Below, one piece after another: positions 9,160 to 18,572 of a stretch of DNA of 64,000 nucleotides. The notes below the pieces were generated by a model. That model was given only the letters and a program-made list of their open reading frames with translations. It was not told the origin of the DNA and searched no databases. How positions within the stretch are numbered: the first letter of the stretch is position 1; each line of letters begins with the position of its first letter. Source of the DNA: Candidatus Fervidifonticultor quintus (GTDB lineage: Bacteria > Sysuimicrobiota > Sysuimicrobiia > Sysuimicrobiales > Humicultoraceae). Where the stretch lies: contig JAVKIJ010000004.1 in NCBI GenBank assembly GCA_031459535.1, positions 79-64,078 of the forward strand, given 5' to 3'. Made by a program: the position numbers and the translations under genes.

Positions 9160-9948
9160 GTGTTGAGCCTTAACAACATCGAGGTGGTCTACTGGGGCAC
9201 GATCCTGGTCCTCAAGGGCGTGTCCCTGACTGTGGAGCGGGGCAGCATCACCGCCCTGATTGGCGCCAACGGCGCCGGGAAGACCACGACGCTCAAGGCC
9301 CTCTCGGGCCTGGTCCGTCTGGAGCGCGGGCAGGTGACGCGGGGGTCGATCGAGTTCGACGGTCGGCGGATCGAGAACCGGCTGCCGGAGGAGATTGCCC
9401 GCATGGGCATCGTCATGGTGCGCGAGGGGCGCCGCCTCTTCGAGGAGCTGAGTGCCGAGGAAAACCTGCTGGTGGGCGCTGCCCTACATGGCCAGGCGCA
9501 CGTGCGCGACGGCCTGGATCTGGTCTACACGTACTTTCCCAGACTGCGGGAGCGCCGCGGGGTCCGGGCCGGCTACCTCTCGGGCGGCGAGCAACAGATG
9601 CTGGCCATCGGGTGCGCCCTGATGGCACGGCCGACCCTGCTGCTGCTGGACGAGCCGAGCCTGGGTCTGGCGCCCCTGGTGGCCCGGGAGATCTTCGATC
9701 TCACGCGGCGCCTGAATGCCGACCAGGGGCTTTCGATCCTGCTCGTGGAGCAGAACGCCAAGATGGCCCTGCAGGTGGCCTCATACGGGTACGTGATGGA
9801 GAACGGGAAGATCGTCCTGGACGGCCCGGCCGAGCGCCTGCGCGAAGACGCTGATGTGAAGGAGTTCTATCTGGGGATGAATCGGACCGGCCGGCGACGA
9901 TTCAGCGAGGTGAAGAGCTACAAGCGCCGGAAGCGCTGGCTGGCGTAG
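9160..9948 (+). CDS. Liv-type ABC transporter ATP-binding protein (LivF-like)
   Basis: Walker A GANGAGKTT, signature LSGGEQQML, Walker B LLLLDEPS. KRRKRW C-terminal tail seen in some LivF proteins. Confidence 0.9.
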   Translation: MLSLNNIEVVYWGTILVLKGVSLTVERGSITALIGANGAGKTTTLKALSGLVRLERGQVTRGSIEFDGRRIENRLPEEIARMGIVMVREGRRLFEELSAEENLLVGAALHGQAHVRDGLDLVYTYFPRLRERRGVRAGYLSGGEQQMLAIGCALMARPTLLLLDEPSLGLAPLVAREIFDLTRRLNADQGLSILLVEQNAKMALQVASYGYVMENGKIVLDGPAERLREDADVKEFYLGMNRTGRRRFSEVKSYKRRKRWLA

Positions 9949-9969
9949 GCGCCCGCCTCCAACCCGGGC

Positions 9970-12126
9970 TCACACCTCATCCGGTGACCATGGGGCCTCG
10001 ACCACCTGCAGGCTCCCCTCGTGGACCTCGACGTGGCATCGGGTCCGGCCCCCGTCCAGGTAGGCCTCCAGGTCGAAGCGCGCCTGTCCGCAGGTCAGAC
10101 CGAGCAGCTTCACCCGCGGCATCCAGGCGGGCAGGGTGGGATCGATCAGCAGCCGTCCGTGGGGCGCGTCGGCCCGCAGGCCCAGGATCATGCTGAGCAG
10201 GGCAAAGACCGCACCTGCCGCCCAGCCCTGCGGGCAGTTGGCGCCAGGATACTGCACGGGGAACGCGCGATTGCCGCGGGGCAAGCCGGCGAAGAGTTCG
10301 GGCAGCTGGTGCGCCTGGAAGTGGGCCGCCGCCTCGAAGATGGCCTGGGCGATGCGCAGCGCCGCATCCACGTGGCCGTAGCGCTTCAGCCCCAGGGCGA
10401 TCAGGCAGTTGTCGTGCGGCCAGATGGCGCCGACCTGGTAGCCGAACGGGTTGTAGGCAGGATGGGCGCTGGAGAGGGTGCGAATGCCCCAACCGCTGAA
10501 CATGTCCGGGGCCAGCAGCCGCGCGGCCACACCGTCGGCTTGAAGCTGCGGTGCGATCCCCGACCATAGCGCGTGGCCGGCGTTGCTCACGACGCTGCGG
10601 ACCGGCCGCTTGGCGCCGTCCAGCGCGAAGTAGTACGTGTGCTCGGCAGGCCACCAGAACGCCTCGGCGAACTGGGCGCGCAGCGCCCGCGCCGCCTGCC
10701 GCAGCGCGGCGGCCTGCTCGGGGTGGCCAAATGCCTCGTACAGCTCTGCCATCCGACGCCGGGCGTCGTAGACATAGCCCTGCAGCTCCACCAGGGCGAC
10801 CGGCGGCTGGACATCCCGGCCGTCCCCGTCGATCACGGCGTCGCCCGAGTCCTTCCAGCCCTGGTGGCGGATGCCGCGGGGCGCCCGGCGCTGGTACTCT
10901 TGAAACCCGTCGCCGTCCATGTCGCCGTAGCGGTCGATCCACTCCAGCGCGCGGGCGGCCGACGGCAGGAGCTCCCGGACCAGTTGGCGATCACCGGTCC
11001 ACCGGTAGGTCTCGTGGAGCGCGATGAGGAACAGGGCGGTGGCATCGGCGGTGCCGTAGTACGGGGTATGGGGCACTTGGCTGAAGTGGGCCAGTTCGCC
11101 GTAGCGGATCTCATGGGGGATCTTGCCGGGCTGGGCGTCCCGCCAGTCGTCCACCTCAGTGGCCTGCAGCGCGCCAAGCGCCCTCAACACCGCCGGGGCG
11201 AACTGCTTGGTGACCGGGAGGGTCTGCACGGTGATGATGAGACTGTCGCGACCGAACAGCGTGGCAAACCACGGGATGCCCGCCGCCACCACGCAGCGCT
11301 CGTCCGGCGCGTCGGCCGCGCACAGGCGGAGAACCGTCATGTCCTCCACGGCCTGGCGGTAGGCCGAGACCACGTCGTCGTTGGCCGCAGTGCATTGAGC
11401 CACCGATCGGTACCAAGCCTGACGCCGCACTTCCACATCCTCGATTTCGACCAGGTCGCAGGCGGTCGGCGCACCGACGAGCCGGTCGCCCACCAGCGGC
11501 AGCAGGTGCAGGCAGGCACGCCAGGTCTGCTGGGGCCGCAGCGTCACCGGGAAGGCGACACCTGCCCCCGAGAGGCGTGGCGGGCTGTCGGCGCGTGCCA
11601 CCCGTAGCTCCAGCCCGCGACGGAAGTCCCCGCGCTGATAGAGCCAGCGAATGCTCGGGCCCCCCTCGTCGTCCCTGACCGCAGTCTGCACCTGTCGCGT
11701 GACCCATGGTTCCAACCCCCGCACCTCGAACAGGTCGCGGAAGTCGCAGTTCGCGTCGATGCTGACCACAAACTCCGCCACGTCCCCCCCGTGGTGGGTG
11801 ATCTCCAGGTCCTGATGGATCCCGCCGTGCAGCGTGTAGGCCACGCGCAACGCGAGGGTGTTGCGGGGAATCCTGACGGTACCGCCTGAGAGGGTCGGAT
11901 TTACGAAATACAACCGTGCCGCATAGTGCGTGACCGGTGCGGAGGACACCAACACCCAGGGCGACCGGTCGATACGGATCCGATAGGAGGACAGCAACCG
12001 CGTGTCCCGGACGAAGAACCCCTGTTCTTCGCCGGGGTCGATCTCGCCCGCGGGGGTCGTCACCAGCAGGCTGGAGCCCTCGGCGAGGGTGAGCCGCGCC
12101 GGGCCGAGCTGAATCCGAGATGGCAT
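9970..12126 (-). CDS. glycogen-debranching-enzyme-like amylo-alpha-1,6-glucosidase family protein
   Basis: 718 aa. GIPWFATLFGRDS, GKIPHEIRYGE, HQGWKDSGD and YNPFGYQVGAIWPHDN resemble the archaeal-type GDE N-terminal plus six-hairpin glucosidase domains. Confidence 0.8.
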   Translation of the reverse strand: MPSRIQLGPARLTLAEGSSLLVTTPAGEIDPGEEQGFFVRDTRLLSSYRIRIDRSPWVLVSSAPVTHYAARLYFVNPTLSGGTVRIPRNTLALRVAYTLHGGIHQDLEITHHGGDVAEFVVSIDANCDFRDLFEVRGLEPWVTRQVQTAVRDDEGGPSIRWLYQRGDFRRGLELRVARADSPPRLSGAGVAFPVTLRPQQTWRACLHLLPLVGDRLVGAPTACDLVEIEDVEVRRQAWYRSVAQCTAANDDVVSAYRQAVEDMTVLRLCAADAPDERCVVAAGIPWFATLFGRDSLIITVQTLPVTKQFAPAVLRALGALQATEVDDWRDAQPGKIPHEIRYGELAHFSQVPHTPYYGTADATALFLIALHETYRWTGDRQLVRELLPSAARALEWIDRYGDMDGDGFQEYQRRAPRGIRHQGWKDSGDAVIDGDGRDVQPPVALVELQGYVYDARRRMAELYEAFGHPEQAAALRQAARALRAQFAEAFWWPAEHTYYFALDGAKRPVRSVVSNAGHALWSGIAPQLQADGVAARLLAPDMFSGWGIRTLSSAHPAYNPFGYQVGAIWPHDNCLIALGLKRYGHVDAALRIAQAIFEAAAHFQAHQLPELFAGLPRGNRAFPVQYPGANCPQGWAAGAVFALLSMILGLRADAPHGRLLIDPTLPAWMPRVKLLGLTCGQARFDLEAYLDGGRTRCHVEVHEGSLQVVEAPWSPDEV

Positions 12127-12130
12127 CGCG

Positions 12131-13201
12131 TCAGGCGAAGACCTTCTCCAGGGCGGGCCGGATGCCGGGCGGCCAGCGTTCCTCGCGCAGGCGTTCGTAA
12201 ACTGCCTCGTAGTCGGCGGCCATGCGCTCGGCGCCGAACCGTTCCTCCACCCGGCGGCGGCAGACTCTCCGATCGATCTCGGGCACGCGCCGCACGGCGG
12301 CGATCATCTCGTCCAGGCTCCGACAGACGAAGCCTGTGAGGCCGGGCTCCACGATCTCCGGAACCGACCCGCACGCCATGGCGATGACCGGGGTCCCGGT
12401 GGCCATGGCTTCGATCATGGTCAGGCCGAACGGCTCCGGCCAATCGATCGGAAACAGGTACGCGTAGGCCTCGCCCAGGAACCGATCCTTCTCGCGCTCA
12501 TCGATCTCGCCGGCATACTCCACCAGCGGATGGTCGAGCAGGGGCTTGATGGCGTGCCGGTAGTAGTCCTGGTCCGCGGGGTCAATCTTCGCGGCGACCT
12601 TCAGCGGCAAGTCGGTGGCCCGCGCGATCTCGATGGCGCGATCCAGGCGCTTCTCCGGAGAGATCCGGCCCAGGAATGCCAGATACTGCCCCGGTCGCGG
12701 CCGCAGCCGATAGTGCTCGAGGGGGATCCCATGGTAGATCGTGGCGATCCAGTTGGCCGTCCGCAGGGGCGTCCGTTGGGCGCGGCTCACCGAGACCAGC
12801 GGCAGATCCCGGAAGAACTGCGAGATGCGCCTCATCGCCGGCAGGTCGAGCCGGCCATGCAGGGTCGTGAGGGTTGGTGTCTGGACCAACCGTGCCATGG
12901 GGAACGAGGCGTAGTCGATGTGGTTGTGGATGATGTCAAACTCGTCGGCTCGTGAGTAGACCATGCCCAGTTGGATCGTGGTAAAGGCGTGCGCGTCGGT
13001 GATCTGGCCGGCCAGCCGCAGCCCCTGCTCACAGCAGGGTACGAGCCGGGCTGAGGTGGCACTGTCACCGCTGGCAAACAGGGTGACGTCGTGGCCACGG
13101 CGCACCAGTGCCTCGGTCAGGGACCAGACCACGCGTTCCGTGCCGCCGTAGAGGCGTGGCGGCACGCTCTCGAAGAGAGGGGCAACTTGTGCAATTCTCA
13201 T
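12131..13201 (-). CDS. glycosyltransferase family 4 (GT-B, group 1)
   Basis: MRIAQVAPLFESVPPRLYGGTERVV N-terminus, EPFGLTMIEAMATGTPVIA (E-x7-E region). GGGAGG SD 11 nt upstream of ATG 13201. Confidence 0.9.
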   Translation of the reverse strand: MRIAQVAPLFESVPPRLYGGTERVVWSLTEALVRRGHDVTLFASGDSATSARLVPCCEQGLRLAGQITDAHAFTTIQLGMVYSRADEFDIIHNHIDYASFPMARLVQTPTLTTLHGRLDLPAMRRISQFFRDLPLVSVSRAQRTPLRTANWIATIYHGIPLEHYRLRPRPGQYLAFLGRISPEKRLDRAIEIARATDLPLKVAAKIDPADQDYYRHAIKPLLDHPLVEYAGEIDEREKDRFLGEAYAYLFPIDWPEPFGLTMIEAMATGTPVIAMACGSVPEIVEPGLTGFVCRSLDEMIAAVRRVPEIDRRVCRRRVEERFGAERMAADYEAVYERLREERWPPGIRPALEKVFA

Positions 13202-13544
13202 GCGCCAGCGTACCTCCCTCTGAGTGGGACCACACCCGAATTTCTACCGCAGCGATGTGATGCTGGCCCAACGGGCGTCCGACCACGGTCACGACGACCC
13301 CGGGGCGAATCGCGTCGAACGAAGCCGGTCTGCCCGCGGCATGGTGCACCCGCGTCATGCTCGGGTCGACGAGCAGAGCATACACGTCTCCCTGGTGGAG
13401 GACGTAGATTGTCTGCAGCGGCGCGGAGACGTTGACGACCCGCCCCGTGAGCACGGTCTCGCGATGCGCGTCGCAGCCGCCCTCCACAATGGTCAGCATC
13501 GCCAGACCGGCCAAGATGCCGATGCGACGCGTACCCCAGCCCAT
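13065..13544 (-). CDS. hypothetical lipoprotein
   Basis: Lipobox-like LTIVEGGC after a signal segment, then beta-rich sequence. The ORF runs 137 nt into the GT4 gene in another frame, so its 3' end is doubtful. Confidence 0.35.
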   Translation of the reverse strand: MGWGTRRIGILAGLAMLTIVEGGCDAHRETVLTGRVVNVSAPLQTIYVLHQGDVYALLVDPSMTRVHHAAGRPASFDAIRPGVVVTVVGRPLGQHHIAAVEIRVWSHSEGGTLAHENCTSCPSLRERAATPLRRHGTRGLVPDRGTGAPWPRRHPVCQR

Positions 13545-13735
13545 GGGCGCAGAGGCTGATACGGCAAGCTCCCGGTGCCCCCGGCGGGTCTCCTATTCAG
13601 TTGATCGTATTGGGACCCCCAGCCCGACTGACCCGGTCTGGGCACCGGCGAGCCGAGTCCCTGAAACCTTCCAACAATTTTCCATAAGATGGGACGCGGG
13701 CGCTGTCAAGGGTCTGCTGCGGCACCCCGGCGCCC

Positions 13736-14776
13736 TCAATGGGGTAACGGCCAGAGGTCCAGGTACCGTTTCAACTTCCGCAACAGCATCGCCAGCCCGC
13801 CGGGCTCCCAGATCAGAATGCCGATCAGGATGGCGCCAAAGACGATCTCGCGCACCGACGTAGCAGCCTTCCCGAAGATGGGCGAGATGGCGATCAGGGC
13901 CGGCAACGCGAATCGAAGGACCTGGTTGAGCAGGATGACGAACGCGGCACCCAGGTGTGGACCCCAGATGCTGCCGAGCCCCCCGATCACGATAATGGCA
14001 ATGTAGTCGATGGACAGACCGATGCCGAAATGCTCGGCCCCGATGACCTTGTTGTAGTGCGCGAACAGGCTACCGGCTACACCGGCGTACGACGCCCCCA
14101 GGGCGAACGCCAGGGTCTTGTAGCGGAGGAGGTTGACGCCCAGCACCTGCGCGGCGTAGTCACGGTCCCGCACGGCCATCAGTGCCAGACCGACGCGTCC
14201 GCGGACCAGGTTGGCCGCCCAGACGCCCCCGACGAACCAGACCGGGAGCAGGAGGTAGTAGAACTGGTGCTCCTTGGTGATGCGGTACGGGCCAAGAGAC
14301 GGCGATGGCACCGCGGTGCCGCCCAGCCCCCCGGCCGTATGGATGATCACGTACTCGGTGATGAACTGGAACGCCAGCGTGGCGATGGCCAGGTAGAGGC
14401 CCTTGATGCGCAGCGACGGCAGGCCGACCAGCGCGCCGACCGAGAATGTCACGCACCCGGCGACGGGCACCGCCACGGGAAACGGCAACCCCAGACGCGC
14501 GGTCACATACCACGACGTGTAGGCGCCGATGGCCATGAAGGCGGCGTGGCCTAGCGAGATCTGACCGGCGACGCCGGTGAGCAGCGCCAGGCCCACGGCC
14601 CCCAGTGCGAAGATGCCGATGGTGTTCAACAGAAACAGATAGGTGCCCAACAGATACGGCGCTGCCAGCAGGGCCATGGCCAGCAGGACGAACCCGATCC
14701 GGTAAAACCGGGTATCCAGGAGCGCCATGTCCTGGGCGTAGGCCGTCTTGAAGTCGCCGGCCGGCCGAGTGCTCAT
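13736..14776 (-). CDS. Liv-type ABC transporter permease (LivM-like)
   Basis: ATG 14776 overlaps the upstream permease stop (ATGA). Multi-TM sequence with LivM-like GQISLGHAAFMAIGAY. The upstream 187 codons of the track ORF were rejected. Confidence 0.9.
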   Translation of the reverse strand: MSTRPAGDFKTAYAQDMALLDTRFYRIGFVLLAMALLAAPYLLGTYLFLLNTIGIFALGAVGLALLTGVAGQISLGHAAFMAIGAYTSWYVTARLGLPFPVAVPVAGCVTFSVGALVGLPSLRIKGLYLAIATLAFQFITEYVIIHTAGGLGGTAVPSPSLGPYRITKEHQFYYLLLPVWFVGGVWAANLVRGRVGLALMAVRDRDYAAQVLGVNLLRYKTLAFALGASYAGVAGSLFAHYNKVIGAEHFGIGLSIDYIAIIVIGGLGSIWGPHLGAAFVILLNQVLRFALPALIAISPIFGKAATSVREIVFGAILIGILIWEPGGLAMLLRKLKRYLDLWPLPH

Positions 14777-15693
14777 AGCCGTTCGATGTGCTCCGTGCCG
14801 AACAGACCGTACGGCTTGACCAGGAGCACGAGGAGGATCACCACGAACGGCGTGATCTCCTTGAACCCCTGGAGCGGGACCCCCGCCAGGCTCACATGGG
14901 CATCGATGTAGCCGCCCAGCACGTTCTCCACGAGCCCGATGATGAACCCGCCCAGGATGGCGCCCGGCACGCTGTCGAGTCCGCCCAAGATGACCGCGGC
15001 CAGCGCCTTGAGGCCCACGTGGGCCAGCGCGAAGTTGACACCCAGCCACAGGCCCAACAGAATGCCTCCGAACGAGGCGGCGATGGCGGCGAACGACCAC
15101 GCGTAGGCGTAGACGCGGGTGAGGCTCACTCCCAGGGTAGAAGCCGTCAACTGCTCGTTGGCTGCGGCCCGCATCGCGATGCCCCATAGCGAATACCGGA
15201 AGAACAGCGCAAAGCCCGCCAGCAGGATGACAGCTACCCCCGCCGCCCAGATGCCGACCTCTGGGATGATGAGGCCAGCTGCGCGGGCCACGCCGGCAGG
15301 GACCACGGGCGGGAACTGGCGGGTATCTCCGCCCCACAGGCCGACCATCAGCCCGCGGATGACGTACCCCATCGCCAGGGTCACGATGATCACCGACAGG
15401 AGCGGCTGTCCGAACAGCGGCCGCATCACCCCCCGCTCGATGACGAACCCCAGCGCCGCCGCCGCGGCCAGCGTGGCCAGGACCGCCGCGACGAACGCCC
15501 AGACCGGAGGCATCGGAAGGGCCCGGGTGAGGGCGATGGCCATGTATCCGCCGAAGAGCACCATCTCGCCATGGGCGAGGTTGAGGATCTTCGTGGACTT
15601 GTAGAGCAGGGTGAAGCCCAGGGCGATCAAGGCGTAGATCGACCCTACCGCGAGGCCGATGACGGTGCCTTCAAGGACGAACTGCAGGCTCAC
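14773..15693 (-). CDS. Liv-type ABC transporter permease (LivH-like)
   Basis: 306 aa, multi-TM, LNLAHGEMVLFGGY motif typical of LivH. Confidence 0.9.
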   Translation of the reverse strand: MSLQFVLEGTVIGLAVGSIYALIALGFTLLYKSTKILNLAHGEMVLFGGYMAIALTRALPMPPVWAFVAAVLATLAAAAALGFVIERGVMRPLFGQPLLSVIIVTLAMGYVIRGLMVGLWGGDTRQFPPVVPAGVARAAGLIIPEVGIWAAGVAVILLAGFALFFRYSLWGIAMRAAANEQLTASTLGVSLTRVYAYAWSFAAIAASFGGILLGLWLGVNFALAHVGLKALAAVILGGLDSVPGAILGGFIIGLVENVLGGYIDAHVSLAGVPLQGFKEITPFVVILLVLLVKPYGLFGTEHIERL

Positions 15694-15724
15694 CGGGCTC
15701 TCGCGCCCCCGCTTCTCGACGGCA

Positions 15725-17683
15725 TCAGCCGTCTAAGGTGCGGATCTGCATCACCGGCCGGATTTCAGCCGTGCGGCCATCCTCGTAACGCACCACGAAG
15801 GTGGCCTGGAACGACGGGGCGCCGCGATAGATGGCAGCAATCAGGTCGCGGTACCGTTCGCTGATGTGACCGCGCCGCAGTTTGCGCGTGCGCGTGAGCT
15901 CGTCGTCGTCGGGGTGGAACTCCTTGTAGAGAGACACGAAGCGCCTGATGCGCCACTCGGGTCGCAGGCGCGCGTTGGTCTGGGCTACCAGACGCTCCAA
16001 GAGATCCAGGACCTGAGGTTTCTGGGAGAGATCTGCGTATGAGGTGTAGGCGAGTCCGCAGTCCTCGGCCCACTTGCCCACGTTGCGCAGATCAATGTTG
16101 AGGATGGCGGCCAGGTAGGGCTGCCTGTCGCCGATCACCATGGCCTCGGAGATATAGGGGGTGAACTTCAGCATGTCCTCGATCACCCTCGGCGCCACCC
16201 GGGTGCCCTCTGCCGTCTCGATCACATCGCCCATGCGGTCGAACAGGATGACATCCCCGCTGGGGTCGAGGGCCCCGTAGTCTCCGGAGTAGAGCCACCC
16301 GTCCCGCAGCGCCCTGGACGTCGCCTCCGGATTGCGGTAGTAGCCCTGAAAGACCGAGGGGCTCCGCTCAAGGATCTCGCCCTCGGCGGAGATCCTGACC
16401 TCCGTGTTGGCGATCGGGGCCCCCATGGTCCAGAAGCGGACCTGCCCGTCACGGTGCACGCAGGAAATCCCGGCGATCTCGGTCTGACCGTAGATCTGCT
16501 TGAGGTTCAGCCCCATGGCCCGGAAAAACTTGTGGTAGTCGGGGCCCAGCGAGGCGCCGCCGTTCCAGGCCACGCGCATGCGTATCATGCCCATCTTGTC
16601 CAGAATGGGCCGGTAGACGGTCCAGTAGAACCCGCGGCGCAGTGCCCGCATCCACCACGGAACAGGCTTACCCTCGGCCTCCAGCTCCACGGCCCGGACG
16701 CCGAGCCGCATCGCCAGGTTGTAGATCGCCTGCCGGATCGGCCCCGCGTCCAGCATGCGCACCGTGACTGCGGAGTGCAGGCCCTCGTAGATGCGGGCAG
16801 GGGCAAATGTGAAGTGCGGCCCGATTTCCCTGAAGTCCCGCTGGGCGGTCTCGGGCTCCTCGGGGAAGTTGACGGTGAACCCCACTGTCTGGTGCAGGCT
16901 CAGCGAGATCATCTGCTCGCCAATCCAGGCGAACGGCAGATAGCTCACGAACTCGTAGCGAGGAGAGAGACGGGGTTCGGCCGCCAGGAAGTTCTCGGAC
17001 TGGCTCATGAGGTTGCGATGAGACAGCATGGCCAGCTTGGGCAGCGCGGTCGTGCCCGAGGTCTGGCAGAGGATCGCCACGTCGTCGGCCCGACCCTGGT
17101 CGACTTCCGCGTCGAAGCATCCGGGGTCGGCCGCCATGGCCTGGCGGCCCAGGTCCAACAGGCGGTGGAAGGCCAGCAGTTTAGGATGGCGGTAGCGCCA
17201 CATACCGCGCCAGTCTTCCACAATGATCCACTCCACCGCGGGCAGCCAGGCCTCCATATCCAGCACCTTGTCGGTCTGCTCCTGGTCCTCGCAGAACACG
17301 ACCCTGGCACCGGCGAACTCGACCAGCTGCGCGAGCTGTTCGGCTAGGCTGTCCTGATAGAAGGCGCAGGAGACGGCGCCGATGGCCTGGGCGCCCATGG
17401 CCAGGTAGTACAGTTCGGGTCGATTGTCACCAACGAGGGCCACCACGTCGCCGCGTCGCACGCCCAACGCGCGCAGCCCCATGGCAGATGCCTGCGCGCC
17501 CTGCAGATACTGCCGCCACGTGATCTCCTGCCAGATGCCCCACTCCTTCTCGCGAAACGCCACCCGGTCGCCGTAGCGTTGGGCGTTGCACCGTAGCAGT
17601 TTGGGCAGCGTATCGGGTCGATCTGCTAGGGCTGGCGCGGGGACGGCCACCGTGGGTCGGTCGCGGACCGCGTGCGCGCTCAT
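15725..17683 (-). CDS. AMP-dependent synthetase/ligase (long-chain acyl-CoA synthetase-like)
   Basis: AMP-binding motifs ILCQTSGTTALPK and IYGQTEIAG, GWLYSGD. ATG overlaps the LivG-like stop (ATGA). Confidence 0.85.
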   Translation of the reverse strand: MSAHAVRDRPTVAVPAPALADRPDTLPKLLRCNAQRYGDRVAFREKEWGIWQEITWRQYLQGAQASAMGLRALGVRRGDVVALVGDNRPELYYLAMGAQAIGAVSCAFYQDSLAEQLAQLVEFAGARVVFCEDQEQTDKVLDMEAWLPAVEWIIVEDWRGMWRYRHPKLLAFHRLLDLGRQAMAADPGCFDAEVDQGRADDVAILCQTSGTTALPKLAMLSHRNLMSQSENFLAAEPRLSPRYEFVSYLPFAWIGEQMISLSLHQTVGFTVNFPEEPETAQRDFREIGPHFTFAPARIYEGLHSAVTVRMLDAGPIRQAIYNLAMRLGVRAVELEAEGKPVPWWMRALRRGFYWTVYRPILDKMGMIRMRVAWNGGASLGPDYHKFFRAMGLNLKQIYGQTEIAGISCVHRDGQVRFWTMGAPIANTEVRISAEGEILERSPSVFQGYYRNPEATSRALRDGWLYSGDYGALDPSGDVILFDRMGDVIETAEGTRVAPRVIEDMLKFTPYISEAMVIGDRQPYLAAILNIDLRNVGKWAEDCGLAYTSYADLSQKPQVLDLLERLVAQTNARLRPEWRIRRFVSLYKEFHPDDDELTRTRKLRRGHISERYRDLIAAIYRGAPSFQATFVVRYEDGRTAEIRPVMQIRTLDG

Positions 17684-18474
17684 GCCACGGCCGCCTCGCC
17701 CAGGTACGCCCGGATGACCTCAGGGTTCCGCTGGATCTCCGTCGGCAGCCCCTCGGCGATCTTCTGGCCATAGTCCATGACGGCGATGCGGTCGCAGAGG
17801 TCCATGACCACCCCCATGTCGTGCTCGATCAGGATCATCGGGAGCCCCCGCACCTCGCGTAGCTCGAGGATGAACCGGGCCATGTCCGCCTTCTCATCGG
17901 CGGTCATGCCGGCCATGGGCTCGTCCAGAAGCAGCAGACGCGGTTCCAGGGCTAGGGCCCGCCCGAGCTCCACCTTCTTCTGGATGCCGTAGGCCAGCTC
18001 CGCCACGCGGCGATCGCGCACGCCCTCCAGCTCCAGGAAGTCGATGATGGTCTCCACGTGCCGGCGGTGCTCGACCAGCTCCCGTTGGGCCGGGCCCCAG
18101 TACATGCCGCAGGCCACCAGTGGCGAGCGCATGTGGATCAGCCGGCCGGACATGATATTGGCCAGCACACTCATGCCCGGGTAGAGGGCGATGTTCTGGA
18201 ACGTGCGCGCGATGCCCATCGCGGCCCGTCGGTGCGGCGGCTCGCGGGTGATGTCACGGCCCCCAAAGACGATGACGCCCGCCTGGGGGTGGTAGAACCC
18301 GCTGATGCAGTTCAGGACGCTGGTCTTGCCGGCCCCGTTGGGTCCGATGATCCCCAACAACTCGCCTGGTCGAAGCGAGAAGGACAGGCCGTCGACGGCC
18401 ACGACGCCGGTGAACCTCAGCGAGAGCCTCTCGACGGCCAGGACCGAGTCCGGCGCGGATGTTCTGCGCTCCAT
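17680..18474 (-). CDS. Liv-type ABC transporter ATP-binding protein (LivG-like)
   Basis: ATG 18474 chosen. Walker A GPNGAGKTS, signature-region LAYGIQKKVELGRAL, Walker B LLLLDEP. The upstream Arg/Pro-rich 118 codons were rejected. Confidence 0.88.
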   Translation of the reverse strand: MERRTSAPDSVLAVERLSLRFTGVVAVDGLSFSLRPGELLGIIGPNGAGKTSVLNCISGFYHPQAGVIVFGGRDITREPPHRRAAMGIARTFQNIALYPGMSVLANIMSGRLIHMRSPLVACGMYWGPAQRELVEHRRHVETIIDFLELEGVRDRRVAELAYGIQKKVELGRALALEPRLLLLDEPMAGMTADEKADMARFILELREVRGLPMILIEHDMGVVMDLCDRIAVMDYGQKIAEGLPTEIQRNPEVIRAYLGEAAVA

Positions 18475-18572
18475 TGGGAGGAGGAATACTGCCCACCCGC
18501 TTCTGAAACCTTCAGCATTTGAACCGGCTGGGAGCAGCGGTGGGGCCGGTTGGGCAGGAGAGGGGGTGGCCT

